Shown one piece after another: positions 48,865-59,360 of a stretch of DNA of 64,000 nt; positions within the stretch are counted from its first letter, which is position 1, and every line of letters begins with the position of its first letter. Below the pieces are notes generated by a model, which did not search any database, was not told where the DNA came from, and saw only the letters and a list, made by a program, of their open reading frames with translations. A program made the position numbers and the translations under genes. This DNA is from Rhodothermus sp. GTDB lineage: Bacteria; Bacteroidota; Rhodothermia; Rhodothermales; Rhodothermaceae. Where the stretch lies: positions 4,850 to 68,849 of the forward strand of contig JALSJJ010000074.1 of assembly GCA_026989375.1 (NCBI GenBank). Reading direction: 5' to 3'.

Positions 48865-51318
48865 TCAGAAGCGCACGCGGATGCGCAGGTTGAACGTGCG
48901 GGGCGTCAGACGGGTAGGAATGCGTTTCCAGATCCCGTTCTGGCCAGGAATCCAGCTGTAGTCGACAGTGTTGGTCATGTCGAACATGTTGAGCAGCTCG
49001 CCGCTCAGTTCCAGATAGACGGGGCGACCGTCGGGCAGACGGGTCAGTTCCAGCGTTTTCGTGGCGCCGATGTCTACCCGGCGATACTCCGGATACCGGG
49101 CCGACATGCGGGGGCCAGGTACTTGCGCCACATACGTACCCACCCGACGACCGGGTACCGGCGGGGTGTAAGGTAAGCCACTTCCGAACAGAATGCGCAG
49201 GTGGAGTTTCCAGGTGGGGTCGCCAGGCACGTAGTCCTGCACAAAAAGCGATAAGGTATGCCGTTGATCCGTGGGACGCGGTCGCCAGCCCCGGTTGTAG
49301 TCATTCTGGTAGGCTGGTAGAAAGTGCTCGCGGGTGACCAGGAAACCGTAGTTTACCCAGCTTTCGACGCCGGGCACAAACTCACCCCGCACCTGCAGGT
49401 CAAGGCCGTAAGCGTAGCCGTAGCTATCGTTGAGGCCGCTGTATTCCAGGCGTACGTTTTCGACTTCGTAAGAAATCAGGCGATCCAGATTTTTCCAGTA
49501 GGCTTCGGCCCGCAGGTAAAGCCGCTGGCGCGGTAAGAAGTACTCAGCACCGGCCACTATAAGATGTGCCCGTTGCGCTTTCAGGTTACGGTTCAATTGA
49601 TCGCGCAGCGGACGTTCGGGTGTGGGTTGACCTCGCAGCTCCTGATAGGAAGGGGGCTGGTAATAGATGCCCCAGGCGCCGGTCAGCGTAAGTACTTCGG
49701 AAGCTTTGTAGCGAATCGACAGGCGTGGAGAGAAGGTCCACTCGCCGTTAAAGTCGAAGTAATCCAGGCGCGCGCCCAGTGTGAGGAGGAAGCGGTTGTC
49801 AGGGAGCAGTTCTATGGCGTCCTGCACATATGCTCCGGTCTGCCAGGTACCCAGGCGCGCGTGCGCCTTGAGGCTGTCCAGCACGACACGTAGCAGCCCC
49901 TGGCCGGAGGGATCGGCACCGATGGCCACGGCGCGTTCGTCGAGCCGGTCGATAAAGACGAGGCGACGTACGTAGACGCCCGCTTCAATCGCCTGGCGGT
50001 GGGGATAGAGCTGCCAGCGTTGGGTGGCCGTCCAGGTTTGTACACGCACCTGGTTATCGGCCGTATCCTGCTGGCGAGCGGCTCCTTCGGGTACGTGTTC
50101 ACCGCTGCCAGGATCTACCTGATAGAGTACGGCGCTGGCCCGCACGTCGCGAAATTCGTTCTCTACGGTTTCGAAATAAGCAATTTCATGGGCAAGACGA
50201 AGATTGGAGGTTAACCAGCTTGCGAGGCGTGCGCCTCCAAAGTAGGTGCGAAAGCCTGCACGCTCCTCGCCTTCGTAGTCCAGCCAGATAGATTCGAGGG
50301 AGGACGGTTGCGTTGGATCGAGACTGACCGTGCCGAAATAGGTCTTGCGCGTGCCAGGATCAAGCAGAAAATCGTGACGGGCTATGATACCAAGCAGCTC
50401 CAGGGTATGACGGGAGGAGGGGCGAAAGGTCAGCGTGCCCTGCAGGTCGGTGTAGTCCGGCTGGTAGTTCCCTTTAAGCTCCTGCGTGCTGAAAAAGCGG
50501 CGGGCCCGGGCCTTTCGGACGCCGATCATCCAGCCAAGCTTGCCGTCAAGGGCGGAGGCACCGGCTGCCAGCCCTGCATCCAGTAGCGACAGCGTCGCCG
50601 ATCCCCGCAACGGTTCCTGATAGGGACGTCGGTAGCGCACTTCCAGCGCCGAAGAGAGCTTGCCACCGTACCGGGCGGGAAAACCCCCTGCGTAGAGCGT
50701 GATCTGATCGGTTAAGGCCAGGTTCAGCAGGCCCAACCCCTCTTGTTCTCCTTTCTGAGCTCGGAAGGGCAGGTATACTTCGAAGCCATCAATGAAGACC
50801 AGGTTTTCGTTGTAGCCGCCACCACGGACTGAGTACTGGTAGGAGAGTTCGTTGTTAGAGACGACGCCGGGCAGTACTTTCAGCGCCCGGAAGCCACCAC
50901 TGAGCGGGGCCGGAATACGTTGGGCGGTTTCCGGGTCGATCGTAAAGACACCCGCCTCGGTTTCGGCCGCGCGTGCCTCAATGGTTACATCTTCCAGTTC
51001 AATAACTTCGACGACCAGCGCTATGTCGAGCCAGGTTGTCGCGTCACGTGCTACCTGTACCGTATCTCGTCGAGTCACGTAGCCGACAGCCGAAAAGCGC
51101 AGCACATAACGACCGGTCGGCAGACGGAGCTGATAGCGGCCAGCCTCATCGGTAGCCGTACCGTAGTTCGTACCATCGACGAGCACTGTTACGTTGACAA
51201 GCGGGGCGCCTGTCTCGGCATCGGTAACGCGTCCGGCCACACGTCCCCACCCCTGTGCCAGCACAGTTGCATCTGGAAGGAGCAGCAGCAAAGCAAGTAA
51301 ACGCACCAAACGCACCAT
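48865..51318 (-). CDS. TonB-dependent receptor with N-terminal carboxypeptidase-regulatory-like domain
   Basis: GRVTDAETGAPL..GTATDEAGRY; plug LPGV..SVRGG...N; GGFPARYGGKLSS; C-terminal Phe. Confidence 0.9.
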   Translation of the reverse strand: MVRLVRLLALLLLLPDATVLAQGWGRVAGRVTDAETGAPLVNVTVLVDGTNYGTATDEAGRYQLRLPTGRYVLRFSAVGYVTRRDTVQVARDATTWLDIALVVEVIELEDVTIEARAAETEAGVFTIDPETAQRIPAPLSGGFRALKVLPGVVSNNELSYQYSVRGGGYNENLVFIDGFEVYLPFRAQKGEQEGLGLLNLALTDQITLYAGGFPARYGGKLSSALEVRYRRPYQEPLRGSATLSLLDAGLAAGASALDGKLGWMIGVRKARARRFFSTQELKGNYQPDYTDLQGTLTFRPSSRHTLELLGIIARHDFLLDPGTRKTYFGTVSLDPTQPSSLESIWLDYEGEERAGFRTYFGGARLASWLTSNLRLAHEIAYFETVENEFRDVRASAVLYQVDPGSGEHVPEGAARQQDTADNQVRVQTWTATQRWQLYPHRQAIEAGVYVRRLVFIDRLDERAVAIGADPSGQGLLRVVLDSLKAHARLGTWQTGAYVQDAIELLPDNRFLLTLGARLDYFDFNGEWTFSPRLSIRYKASEVLTLTGAWGIYYQPPSYQELRGQPTPERPLRDQLNRNLKAQRAHLIVAGAEYFLPRQRLYLRAEAYWKNLDRLISYEVENVRLEYSGLNDSYGYAYGLDLQVRGEFVPGVESWVNYGFLVTREHFLPAYQNDYNRGWRPRPTDQRHTLSLFVQDYVPGDPTWKLHLRILFGSGLPYTPPVPGRRVGTYVAQVPGPRMSARYPEYRRVDIGATKTLELTRLPDGRPVYLELSGELLNMFDMTNTVDYSWIPGQNGIWKRIPTRLTPRTFNLRIRVRF

Positions 51319-51449
51319 ATGTGGCCCGCCTCGTCGGGCGTGGTCTTCTTGTTACAAAGAAGCTTCTGAGGTTGTAGCAATGGGAGCGGCCGAAGGCGGG
51401 CTATGGTGGGTGAAACTTTTTACAAATTATCGACGAAACGCTGGCATTT

Positions 51450-52940
51450 TCAATAGGCTTTGGCAAAAACTACGCGCTGTTTAGAGGGTTTTCCGGTCAG
51501 CATGTCACAGCCTTCCTCGCGGGTGCCGAGGGCTTCAGCGTCGCGATCAAGCGGAATGCACCGGATGGTGGCTTTGGTTTCCTCTTTGATACGGGCTTCT
51601 GTTTCCGGGGTCCCGTCCCAGTGGGCCAGGATGAAGCCGCCTTTTTCCTCCAGTACTTCTTTGAACTCTTCGTAGCTATCGACCCGTGTGGTCATTTCGT
51701 CGCGGAACGCCCGGGCACGAGCCAGCAGCGTCTGCTGGATGTCGTCGAGCAGGGCGCGTACGCGTTCGGCCAGCCCGGTCCCGGATACTGTTTCCTTGGT
51801 GCGTGTGTCACGCCGAGCCAGTTCTACCGTCCCTTGTGCGACATCGCGAGGGCCAATGGCTACCCGGACCGGGACACCCTGCACCTCGTATTCATTGAAC
51901 TTCCAGCCCGGCCGATACGTCTCGCGGGCATCGAGCTTTACGGTGAAGCCCGCGTCTTTCAGCTCGCGTTCGATAGCCTGGGCGCGCTCCAACACAGCCG
52001 ACTTTTCGGCGTCGTTCCGGAAGATGGGAATGATGACCACCTGGGTGGGAGCCAGACGAGGAGGGAGCACCAGTCCTTGATCATCCGAATGGGTCATCAC
52101 CAGCGCTCCGATCAGCCGGGTTGAGACACCCCAGGAAGTAGCCCAGACGTACTCCAGCTCGTTATTCTGGTTCTGGAACTTGCAATCGAATGCCCGGGCG
52201 AAGTTCTGCCCCAGGAAGTGGCTGGTGCCGGCCTGCAGCGCCCTGCCGTCTTGCATGAGAGCTTCGATGCAGTAGGTTTCGACTGCGCCGGCAAAACGCT
52301 CGCTGGGGGTTTTTACCCCTTGAATGACCGGCATGGCCATGTATTCTTCCGCAAAGGTCGTGTAGATGTCCAGGATGCGCAGGGCTTCTTCGATGGCTTC
52401 TTCGCGAGTAGCGTGCGCGGTATGGCCTTCCTGCCAGAGGAATTCCATGGTGCGCAGGAACAGCCGCGTGCGCATTTCCCAGCGCACGACGTTCGCCCAC
52501 TGGTTGATCAGAATGGGCAGATCTCGCCAGGACTGAATCCAGCGGCTGAATGTGTCCCAGATGATCGTCTCGCTGGTAGGGCGAACGATCAGATTTTCTT
52601 CCAGTTTGGAGTCCGGATCGGGGATGAGCCGGCCGTTTTCGTCAAGCTTCAGCCGAGAGTGCGTCACCACGGCGCACTCTTTGGCAAAGCCTTCCACGTG
52701 TTCGGCTTCTTTCGCCAGAAAGGATTCCGGGATAAACAACGGAAAGTAGACATTTTCATGGCCGGTTTCTTTAAACATGCGGTCGAGGACGGCCCGCATG
52801 TTTTCCCAGAGCGCGTAGCCGTTAGGGCGAATGATCATACAGCCCCGTACGGGCGAATAATCGGCCAGCTTAGCCGCCCGTACGACATCCACATACCACT
52901 GCGCGTAATCGACCGAGCGTGGTGTAATAGCGTCAGCCAT
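51450..52940 (-). CDS. proS: Proline-tRNA ligase (archaeal/eukaryote type)
   Basis: [45 protein letters not shown]-terminal FAKAY. Confidence 0.96.
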   Translation of the reverse strand: MADAITPRSVDYAQWYVDVVRAAKLADYSPVRGCMIIRPNGYALWENMRAVLDRMFKETGHENVYFPLFIPESFLAKEAEHVEGFAKECAVVTHSRLKLDENGRLIPDPDSKLEENLIVRPTSETIIWDTFSRWIQSWRDLPILINQWANVVRWEMRTRLFLRTMEFLWQEGHTAHATREEAIEEALRILDIYTTFAEEYMAMPVIQGVKTPSERFAGAVETYCIEALMQDGRALQAGTSHFLGQNFARAFDCKFQNQNNELEYVWATSWGVSTRLIGALVMTHSDDQGLVLPPRLAPTQVVIIPIFRNDAEKSAVLERAQAIERELKDAGFTVKLDARETYRPGWKFNEYEVQGVPVRVAIGPRDVAQGTVELARRDTRTKETVSGTGLAERVRALLDDIQQTLLARARAFRDEMTTRVDSYEEFKEVLEEKGGFILAHWDGTPETEARIKEETKATIRCIPLDRDAEALGTREEGCDMLTGKPSKQRVVFAKAY

Positions 52941-53164
52941 ACTGTACAGGGATTGAAAGCAAAACAGGACACGTCAGACCGCTGGCGCCTCTCTAACGCT
53001 TCAGGCGCTGCAAAAGTCGAAATCGGCCTGCATTTTGGTCCTTTTTTTACCGGAAGGCGTTTGCGAATATAGGAGCGAAGGGGTTGACAGACAAGCGCCA
53101 AACTTTTTAGGAAGCCCCGACGTTAACACCATGAACAATCCGTTAACCAGACCGGGCCCGAGCC

Positions 53165-54514
53165 ATGAACCGCCTGCTGCACCCTCTGCACACCACGAAG
53201 CCGGCCCGTGGTAGCGGCTGGAGCCTGCTACTGGCCGGTCTGCTGCTGCTGGGACTGACGGGCTGCTACACGCAGCTGGCGGCCACCGAACGGATCTACT
53301 ATGAGGAAGAGGAAGCCTACGAGCGTCAGCCGGACCGGGTCATTGTGGAGCGCTACAATGACGACAGCACGGTGGTCAAGGAGTACTATTACTACGACCG
53401 CCCGCCGTATTACTATCGCCGCTATTTTGCACGCTTCTATGGGGATCCGTTTTTCTACTACGACTGCTTTGATCCGTTTTATTACGATCCCTTCTACTGC
53501 GATCCCTTCTACTACGGGCCGACTTTCCGTCTCCGACTGGGCTTCTTCTTTGGGGATCCATTCTTTTTCTGGCCGCCTTTCCATCCCATACACCACGGAT
53601 ATTACTGGTTTTACGGCTTTGGATATTACTACAGCCCATATTACTGGGCCTACCATCCCGGCCATCTTTATGGCCGCGTTTACTTCTACGGGCTGGATCA
53701 GGGGCGAATTGCACGGAATTACGCGCCACGGGGAGCTTCGCTGGGACGTAGTGCCTGGATTGGCCGTAGTCCGCGTTCCAGGCGAACCCTGGGGGATCGG
53801 GATGATGCGTATGCACGCCCGCGGTCGATTGTCCGCACCACGCGGAGTACCGCAGTCACGCCACGAAGCTCTTCGACCGGTGTAGAACGGTACAGTACGC
53901 AGGAAGCGACGCGGACGCGTGCGCGTACGGTGAGACGCACGCGCAACCCGCAGGTACACGGCTCCGAGCGGACCCGTGCGGCAACAGGCCGTTCAACGAT
54001 AACGCGGCGTGCGCCGCGCTCCAGTGAACGAGCGCGTCCTAAGGTGACGCGTGGCACCACGCATCGGGTCGATAAAGGGCGCTCAAGATCCACCGAAAAA
54101 GGAAGGGCAACGGTAAGACGGACGCCCAGAAATCAGGGAACAAGGCCGCATGTCCAACGGGCGCCATCCAGGCGCTCCCCCAGGCAGTCGGCACGTCCGC
54201 CAAGGCATACGCGATCGCGTGGGGGCAACAACGACCGGCAGGAGCTTCAGTACCGTCCCGGAGCAGGACACACCTACCAGGTACCATCTGTGCGACGAAT
54301 GAGGTCGGAGCGTTCTCGAATGGTAATGCGCGCGCCATCGCCTCCGCCCCGGCTGCGGATGTCTCCATCGCGTACCAGTACGCCGGCGCTGCGCGTGCAT
54401 CCAGCACCAAGGAGGCATTCTTCGACTCCAGCTTTTCGGTCTTCTGGAAGTCGGTTCTCGGAAAGCAGCCGGGCAACGGCCCGCAGTAGGAGCGGATCGC
54501 GGCGTGGGCATTGA
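53165..54514 (+). CDS. Lipoprotein with a Tyr/Phe-rich region and a long Arg/Ser/Thr-rich tail
   Basis: Lipobox LTGC; DPF(Y/F)x repeats; low-complexity basic C-terminal half. Confidence 0.75.
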   Translation: MNRLLHPLHTTKPARGSGWSLLLAGLLLLGLTGCYTQLAATERIYYEEEEAYERQPDRVIVERYNDDSTVVKEYYYYDRPPYYYRRYFARFYGDPFFYYDCFDPFYYDPFYCDPFYYGPTFRLRLGFFFGDPFFFWPPFHPIHHGYYWFYGFGYYYSPYYWAYHPGHLYGRVYFYGLDQGRIARNYAPRGASLGRSAWIGRSPRSRRTLGDRDDAYARPRSIVRTTRSTAVTPRSSSTGVERYSTQEATRTRARTVRRTRNPQVHGSERTRAATGRSTITRRAPRSSERARPKVTRGTTHRVDKGRSRSTEKGRATVRRTPRNQGTRPHVQRAPSRRSPRQSARPPRHTRSRGGNNDRQELQYRPGAGHTYQVPSVRRMRSERSRMVMRAPSPPPRLRMSPSRTSTPALRVHPAPRRHSSTPAFRSSGSRFSESSRATARSRSGSRRGH

Positions 54515-54641
54515 ACGGCTCCTTACATGGCGGACGGCTTCTCCCCAAAAAGCCCGCGTATGGACACTTTCGCGGGCTTTCACATGGACAGAGGCAGCAC
54601 GGTGTGTCCGTTTCCTTTTTCACCAAGCATAACGTTAGGCT

Positions 54642-56243
54642 ATGAAGTACGTCTTACGGGATCTGCTGGGTGGATTCTGCGGGTTCATACTCTTCATGAT
54701 GCCCGTACATGCCCAGACTGTAGATGACGCCTGGCGCTTTTCACAGCGGCTGTCGGGCGTTGGAGCCCGTCTGACAGCGATGGCCGGCGCCAGCGCAGCG
54801 GGGGTCGCCGACTATGGTGTACTTTACAGCAATCCGGCGGGACTGGGCTACTATCAGAGCTCAGAGGTTGTGGGGGGGCTGAGCTGGCTCACTGCTCGGG
54901 ATGCTGCTACCTACTATGTGCCCGGTAACCGCTTTGACTGGGAAAGTAACCTGCGCACGACCAACCTGGATCATCTGGCGGCAGTTTATAAAGTGCCAAC
55001 GGTACGTGGTTCGCTGGTGCTGGCGATGGCCTATGCCCGTGTGGCTGACTTCTCTCGCCGCCTCTACTTCCAGGGCGATAACAATACCAACTCGATCACG
55101 GATTCCTATCTCCCGTATCCGGATGAGTACACCGTAACCCCCGACGGAACGTTACAATTCAATAACGACATTCCCTTCATTGCCTATCAGGCTGGTGCCA
55201 TCGAATTTTTGCCCTCAGAATACGAGGCTGGACGCTATCCGTTCTATCAGGCAGTAGCACCGGGGACGACCATCCGGCAGATTGGCGAGGTAACGGAGGA
55301 AGGCGGGCTCTACGAGTTGAGTTTTGGCGGCGCGGTGGAAGCTGCACCCAACCTGTTCGTGGGGGTTGCGGTCGGAATCGTCAATGGGAGCTATCGTTTT
55401 GAGCGACTGTACGAGGAGAACGATTTTCGTAACGAGAACACGCCGGATCTGTACGTGGTGGTCGTTGATGATGGTTTACTGCGCGGGTTCGACCTGCTAC
55501 AGGCGCGTGAATTTTTTGAAGCAGACCTGCAGGGCTTCAGCATCCGTACCGGATTGTCGGCGCGACTGTCGTCGGGCTGGCGTCTGGGGGTGGGCGTCGA
55601 AACGCCGGTCTTTTTTTCTGTGCGGGAAGATTACACCACAGAGCTGGCAACGTTCTTTGATGAGGGGGGATCGCTCCGATATGGCGGGCAGCCCGGGGAT
55701 GCAGGGACGGGATCGTTCGACTATGAGATACGCACACCCTGGCGATTACGGCTCGGGGTGGCTTACCAGACACAGCAGCTTTACATAGGGCTGGATCTGG
55801 AGTGGATCGACTGGTCCCAGATGCGCTTTGATGCTTCCACCAACCGTAGTTTCATCCAGGATCTGAACCGTCAGGTGCGGGATACGATGGAGCCAGTGCT
55901 CAATACGCGGCTGGGACTGGCCTACCACCTGGGAGGTACGACGCTGTACGGAGGCGTGGCCGTTTTTCCAGATCCGCACCGGGCTGGAATTCAAGAGGCA
56001 GAGGCCGATCGTCGGCGTGTCTTTGGTGCTCTGGGTGCTTCTATTCAGCTGGCCGAGTCGTTTCGGCTTCACATTGGCTGGACGCAGGAGCAGTTCAACG
56101 ACTACTATCAGCCCTATGGGGATGTCGAGACGCCGCCCCCCTACGTCCGCGAGGCGGTTCGGCGGAATCGGTTTGTCGTCGGGCTGACCTATACCCTGCA
56201 ACCCCCAAGGCCTCGCGCTACCCGTCCGCCTCGTCGCCGGTAG
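54642..56243 (+). CDS. OmpP1/FadL-family outer-membrane beta-barrel
   Basis: Signal peptide; GARLTAMAGA...NPAGLG hatch motif; YEIRTPWR; amphipathic C-terminal strands. Confidence 0.82.
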   Translation: MKYVLRDLLGGFCGFILFMMPVHAQTVDDAWRFSQRLSGVGARLTAMAGASAAGVADYGVLYSNPAGLGYYQSSEVVGGLSWLTARDAATYYVPGNRFDWESNLRTTNLDHLAAVYKVPTVRGSLVLAMAYARVADFSRRLYFQGDNNTNSITDSYLPYPDEYTVTPDGTLQFNNDIPFIAYQAGAIEFLPSEYEAGRYPFYQAVAPGTTIRQIGEVTEEGGLYELSFGGAVEAAPNLFVGVAVGIVNGSYRFERLYEENDFRNENTPDLYVVVVDDGLLRGFDLLQAREFFEADLQGFSIRTGLSARLSSGWRLGVGVETPVFFSVREDYTTELATFFDEGGSLRYGGQPGDAGTGSFDYEIRTPWRLRLGVAYQTQQLYIGLDLEWIDWSQMRFDASTNRSFIQDLNRQVRDTMEPVLNTRLGLAYHLGGTTLYGGVAVFPDPHRAGIQEAEADRRRVFGALGASIQLAESFRLHIGWTQEQFNDYYQPYGDVETPPPYVREAVRRNRFVVGLTYTLQPPRPRATRPPRRR

Positions 56244-57267
56244 GGGTACGGGCTTCTCGTCGGCGTTGCTGCATCAGGCGGCGATAGCGGTTGGCAGCCC
56301 GCACATGTTCACGGAAGGTGCGGCTGAAGATGTGTCCGCCTTCACCATCAGCCACAAAGTACAGGTAATCGTGCGCTTCAGCGTAGAGTACGGCATCAAT
56401 GGCATTGGGGGAGGGGTTGGTGATCGGACCGGGCGGCAGCCCGCGGAAGCGGTACGTGTTGTAAGGATGGGCAATGCGATAGTCTGCAAAAAGCAGGCGG
56501 CGTTTTTGCCCCTCACGCTGCAGGATAGCATACTGAACGGTAGGATCGGCCTGCAGTGGCATCCCCCGGCGTAGGCGGTTCAGATAGACGCCTGCAATGC
56601 GGGGCCGTTCGTCAGGCCGGGCTTCCCATTCGACGATGGAAGCCAGCGTAATGACCTCGTCAATGGTCAGGCCCAGGCTATCGGCGCGGGCGCGTCGCTC
56701 GGGGGTAAAAAACTCGAGAAAGTGCTGGTGCACCCGTCGAATCACTGTGCGCGGGTCGGTGAGCCAGTAAAAGAAGTAAGTGTCGGGAAGTAGCCGGCCA
56801 AACAGGTGGCTGGTGTCGGTGCCCAGTTCGGCCGCCAGACTGCTATCGCGCAATGCGACCAGCATGGAGTCGGGCACACAGGCAAGTGCCTTGCACACCA
56901 CGGCAGCTATGACTTCGGGACGAGAGCCCGGAGGGATCGTCACCCGAACAGGTGTCTGCAGGCCCCGCCGCAGGACGCTGAGCAGATGGTAGTTAGAAGC
57001 ACCGGCCTCAAACGTGTAGTAGCCCGCCTTGATCTGGCGATGCCAGCCAGTCAGACGTGCCAGCCAGACAAAGGGCTTCCGATAGCGCAGGATGCCTGCG
57101 CTCTGGAGCGAGTCCACAACCTGCGGGAAGGTAGCCGCTCGAGGAATTTTTACGCCACGCGTGCCCTCGAATGCGGGGGTATTGGGCGCCAGCGCGATTC
57201 CTACCAGCCCTCCAGCGAAAAGCAGAAAAATCAGCACAACGCCAGCAATCCAGCGCTTCATGTTCAT
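56218..57267 (-). CDS. mltG: Endolytic transglycosylase MltG
   Basis: G.LLPDTY, LASIVEWE, IAGVYLNRL..MPLQADPT, PYNTYRFRGLPPGPITNP. Confidence 0.95.
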   Translation of the reverse strand: MNMKRWIAGVVLIFLLFAGGLVGIALAPNTPAFEGTRGVKIPRAATFPQVVDSLQSAGILRYRKPFVWLARLTGWHRQIKAGYYTFEAGASNYHLLSVLRRGLQTPVRVTIPPGSRPEVIAAVVCKALACVPDSMLVALRDSSLAAELGTDTSHLFGRLLPDTYFFYWLTDPRTVIRRVHQHFLEFFTPERRARADSLGLTIDEVITLASIVEWEARPDERPRIAGVYLNRLRRGMPLQADPTVQYAILQREGQKRRLLFADYRIAHPYNTYRFRGLPPGPITNPSPNAIDAVLYAEAHDYLYFVADGEGGHIFSRTFREHVRAANRYRRLMQQRRREARTPTGDEADG

Positions 57268-57629
57268 TCGTGCGGAGCGTCCTGGTATTTCTGTCGTTCC
57301 AGTGCGCGTGTTTCGTCAATGACGCGTTCGAACAGGCGGCGTACCGCCTCATTGGAAAGGGGGCCTTCGTTGGCCGAGAGCACGTTACGCAGTACTTCTT
57401 CTTCACGCTCTGGCACATATACCGGCAATCCCAGCTTCTTTTTGATATAGCCAATAATATTGGCACAACGCGCGCGCTCGTTCAGCAGGCGCAGGATAGC
57501 CCGGTCGATTTCGTCGATGCGCCGCCGCCAGGGGATCATGTCGGCTTCGGTCGGCGATTCGGGTAGCGCCGGGCGGTGGTTCTGGGCGTGATCAATGACG
57601 CTGTGGAGTTGTTCGAACGACATAGGCAA
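57264..57629 (-). CDS. Monofunctional chorismate mutase (AroQ type)
   Basis: WRRRIDEIDRAILRLLNERA..IGYIKK..VYVPEREEEV. Confidence 0.88.
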   Translation of the reverse strand: MPMSFEQLHSVIDHAQNHRPALPESPTEADMIPWRRRIDEIDRAILRLLNERARCANIIGYIKKKLGLPVYVPEREEEVLRNVLSANEGPLSNEAVRRLFERVIDETRALERQKYQDAPHE

Positions 57630-57644
57630 AAGCGTAGTCGGATT

Positions 57645-58733
57645 TTAGTCAGACAGGGTAGGGGTGGCTGCCAGCGTCAGCGGGCTTTTCCATCCGGATT
57701 TTGCTTTAAAGTAGCCCGTAATGGCGATCATGGCGGCATTGTCCATGCAGTAGGGTAGCGGTGGAATATACAACTGCACGTCCAGCGATTCGGCCAACGC
57801 TTGGGCCGCGGCGCGTAGGCCTGAGTTAGCCGAGACGCCGCCCACGATGGCCACATGACGGAGACCGGTGTCCAGAATGGCCCGGCGAAGCGTGTCGATC
57901 AGTACATCAACGACAGCTTGCTGGAACGAGGCGCAGAGGTCGGCGCGGTGTTGTTCAAGGAGACGGATCCGTTCTGCCTGCGAAAACTGATCAAGGTAAT
58001 AACGCACGGCTGTTTTCAGGCCACTGAACGAAAAATCGTATCCTTCAAGCCGGGGACGTGGAAATGTTACAAAGTCGGGGCGGCCCTGGCGGGCCAGTCG
58101 GTCGATTTCTGGACCGCCAGGATAGCCCAGGCCCAGCAAGCGGGCAACTTTGTCGAAAGCCTCGCCGGCTGCATCGTCACGTGTGCGCCCCAGAAGCGTA
58201 TGGCGAAAGCCTGCGTCAACACGTACCAGTTGCGTGTGTCCGCCGGAGACGATCAGGCACAGATAGGGAAATGGCGGTGAGGGGGGCTCAATAAAGACCG
58301 AGTAAATATGACCCTCCAGATGGTTGACGCCGATGAGCGGGCGGCCCAGCCCCAGCGCAAAGGCTTTGGCAAAGCTCAGCCCCACCAGTAGCGATCCTAC
58401 CAAGCCGGGCCCATAGGTAACTGCAATGGCGTCGAGGTCCTGGGGATGCAGACCGGCTTCCTGCAGCGCCTGGCGAACAACCGGGACAATGCGCCGCTGG
58501 TGATCCCGAGAAGCCAGCTCCGGTACGACGCCCCCATAGCGCAGATGCGTGGTCTGTTGGGAAGCCACCACGTTCGCGGACAACTGACCCCCGATAACCA
58601 CGGCGGCAGCCGTGTCGTCACAGGAGGTTTCAATGCCGAGAATGACCTCAGGGAGTGCCACAACAATCCGGATTGATACCCAGGGAAAACCTCGGAGCTG
58701 AAAGGCATGCAGGAAAGCGCGAAAGGTTTCCAT
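57645..58733 (-). CDS. tsaD: tRNA t6A threonylcarbamoyltransferase subunit
   Basis: LGIETSCDDT, YGGVVPELASRDH, HLEGH, SGGHT, DDAAGEAFDK, SFSGLKT, DNAAMI. True start may be GTG 58661. Confidence 0.96.
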   Translation of the reverse strand: METFRAFLHAFQLRGFPWVSIRIVVALPEVILGIETSCDDTAAAVVIGGQLSANVVASQQTTHLRYGGVVPELASRDHQRRIVPVVRQALQEAGLHPQDLDAIAVTYGPGLVGSLLVGLSFAKAFALGLGRPLIGVNHLEGHIYSVFIEPPSPPFPYLCLIVSGGHTQLVRVDAGFRHTLLGRTRDDAAGEAFDKVARLLGLGYPGGPEIDRLARQGRPDFVTFPRPRLEGYDFSFSGLKTAVRYYLDQFSQAERIRLLEQHRADLCASFQQAVVDVLIDTLRRAILDTGLRHVAIVGGVSANSGLRAAAQALAESLDVQLYIPPLPYCMDNAAMIAITGYFKAKSGWKSPLTLAATPTLSD

Positions 58734-58763
58734 CGAAGCAACAATTGGACAGCAGGGCCGTTC

Positions 58764-58792
58764 TTGACAATAAAGGTCAGATCATGTACACT
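58764..58792 (+). promoter_or_regulatory. sigma70-like promoter
   Basis: TTGACA-N17-TACACT, ~30 nt upstream of ATG 58824. Confidence 0.7.
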
Positions 58793-58823
58793 ATAGACAC
58801 AAGCTTAACGGTAGCAAAAGCCA

Positions 58824-59326
58824 TGCGTAAGACCTTCCTGCTGATCGGACTGGTCGTGTTGCTGGGGGTAACGGTCCCCGCTCAGGCCCAGCTTCGCACT
58901 GAGGTTTCGTCGGCGGTACAACGCGCTCCCATGCGTCTGTATCGTCCGGGCACCGGATTTTCGTTGAGCGATCTATTCAGCCCGAGATATTTTCGGATGC
59001 AACATTCCTATGAAGTGAGCATGGGGAGCATCGGGGGATACAGCTACTCGCTGGGCGTGTACACCAACTCGATGCAGTGGCAGTTCAGTGACAAGCTGGC
59101 AGCCCGGGTAGATATTGGCATTGCGCATTCACCGTTTGGTGGAAGCCTGGGATTAAACCGCCGGCCGCAGATCTTTCTGCGCAATGCCGAGATTGCTTAC
59201 CGTCCCCGTGAGAACATGCTCTTTCAGTTTACTGTACGGCAGAGCCCTTATGGTTATTTCATGGCGCCGTATGGTTACTATCCGTTGCGTGCGCTGGAAC
59301 GTGCGCTGTTCTGGAACGACCGGTGA
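58824..59326 (+). CDS. Exported hypothetical protein
   Basis: Signal peptide MRKTFLLIGLVVLLGVTVPAQA; alternating aromatic beta-strands. Confidence 0.7.
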
Positions 59327-59360
59327 GATAGGCCGTATGCGCACCTGTTGATTGTGCGCT

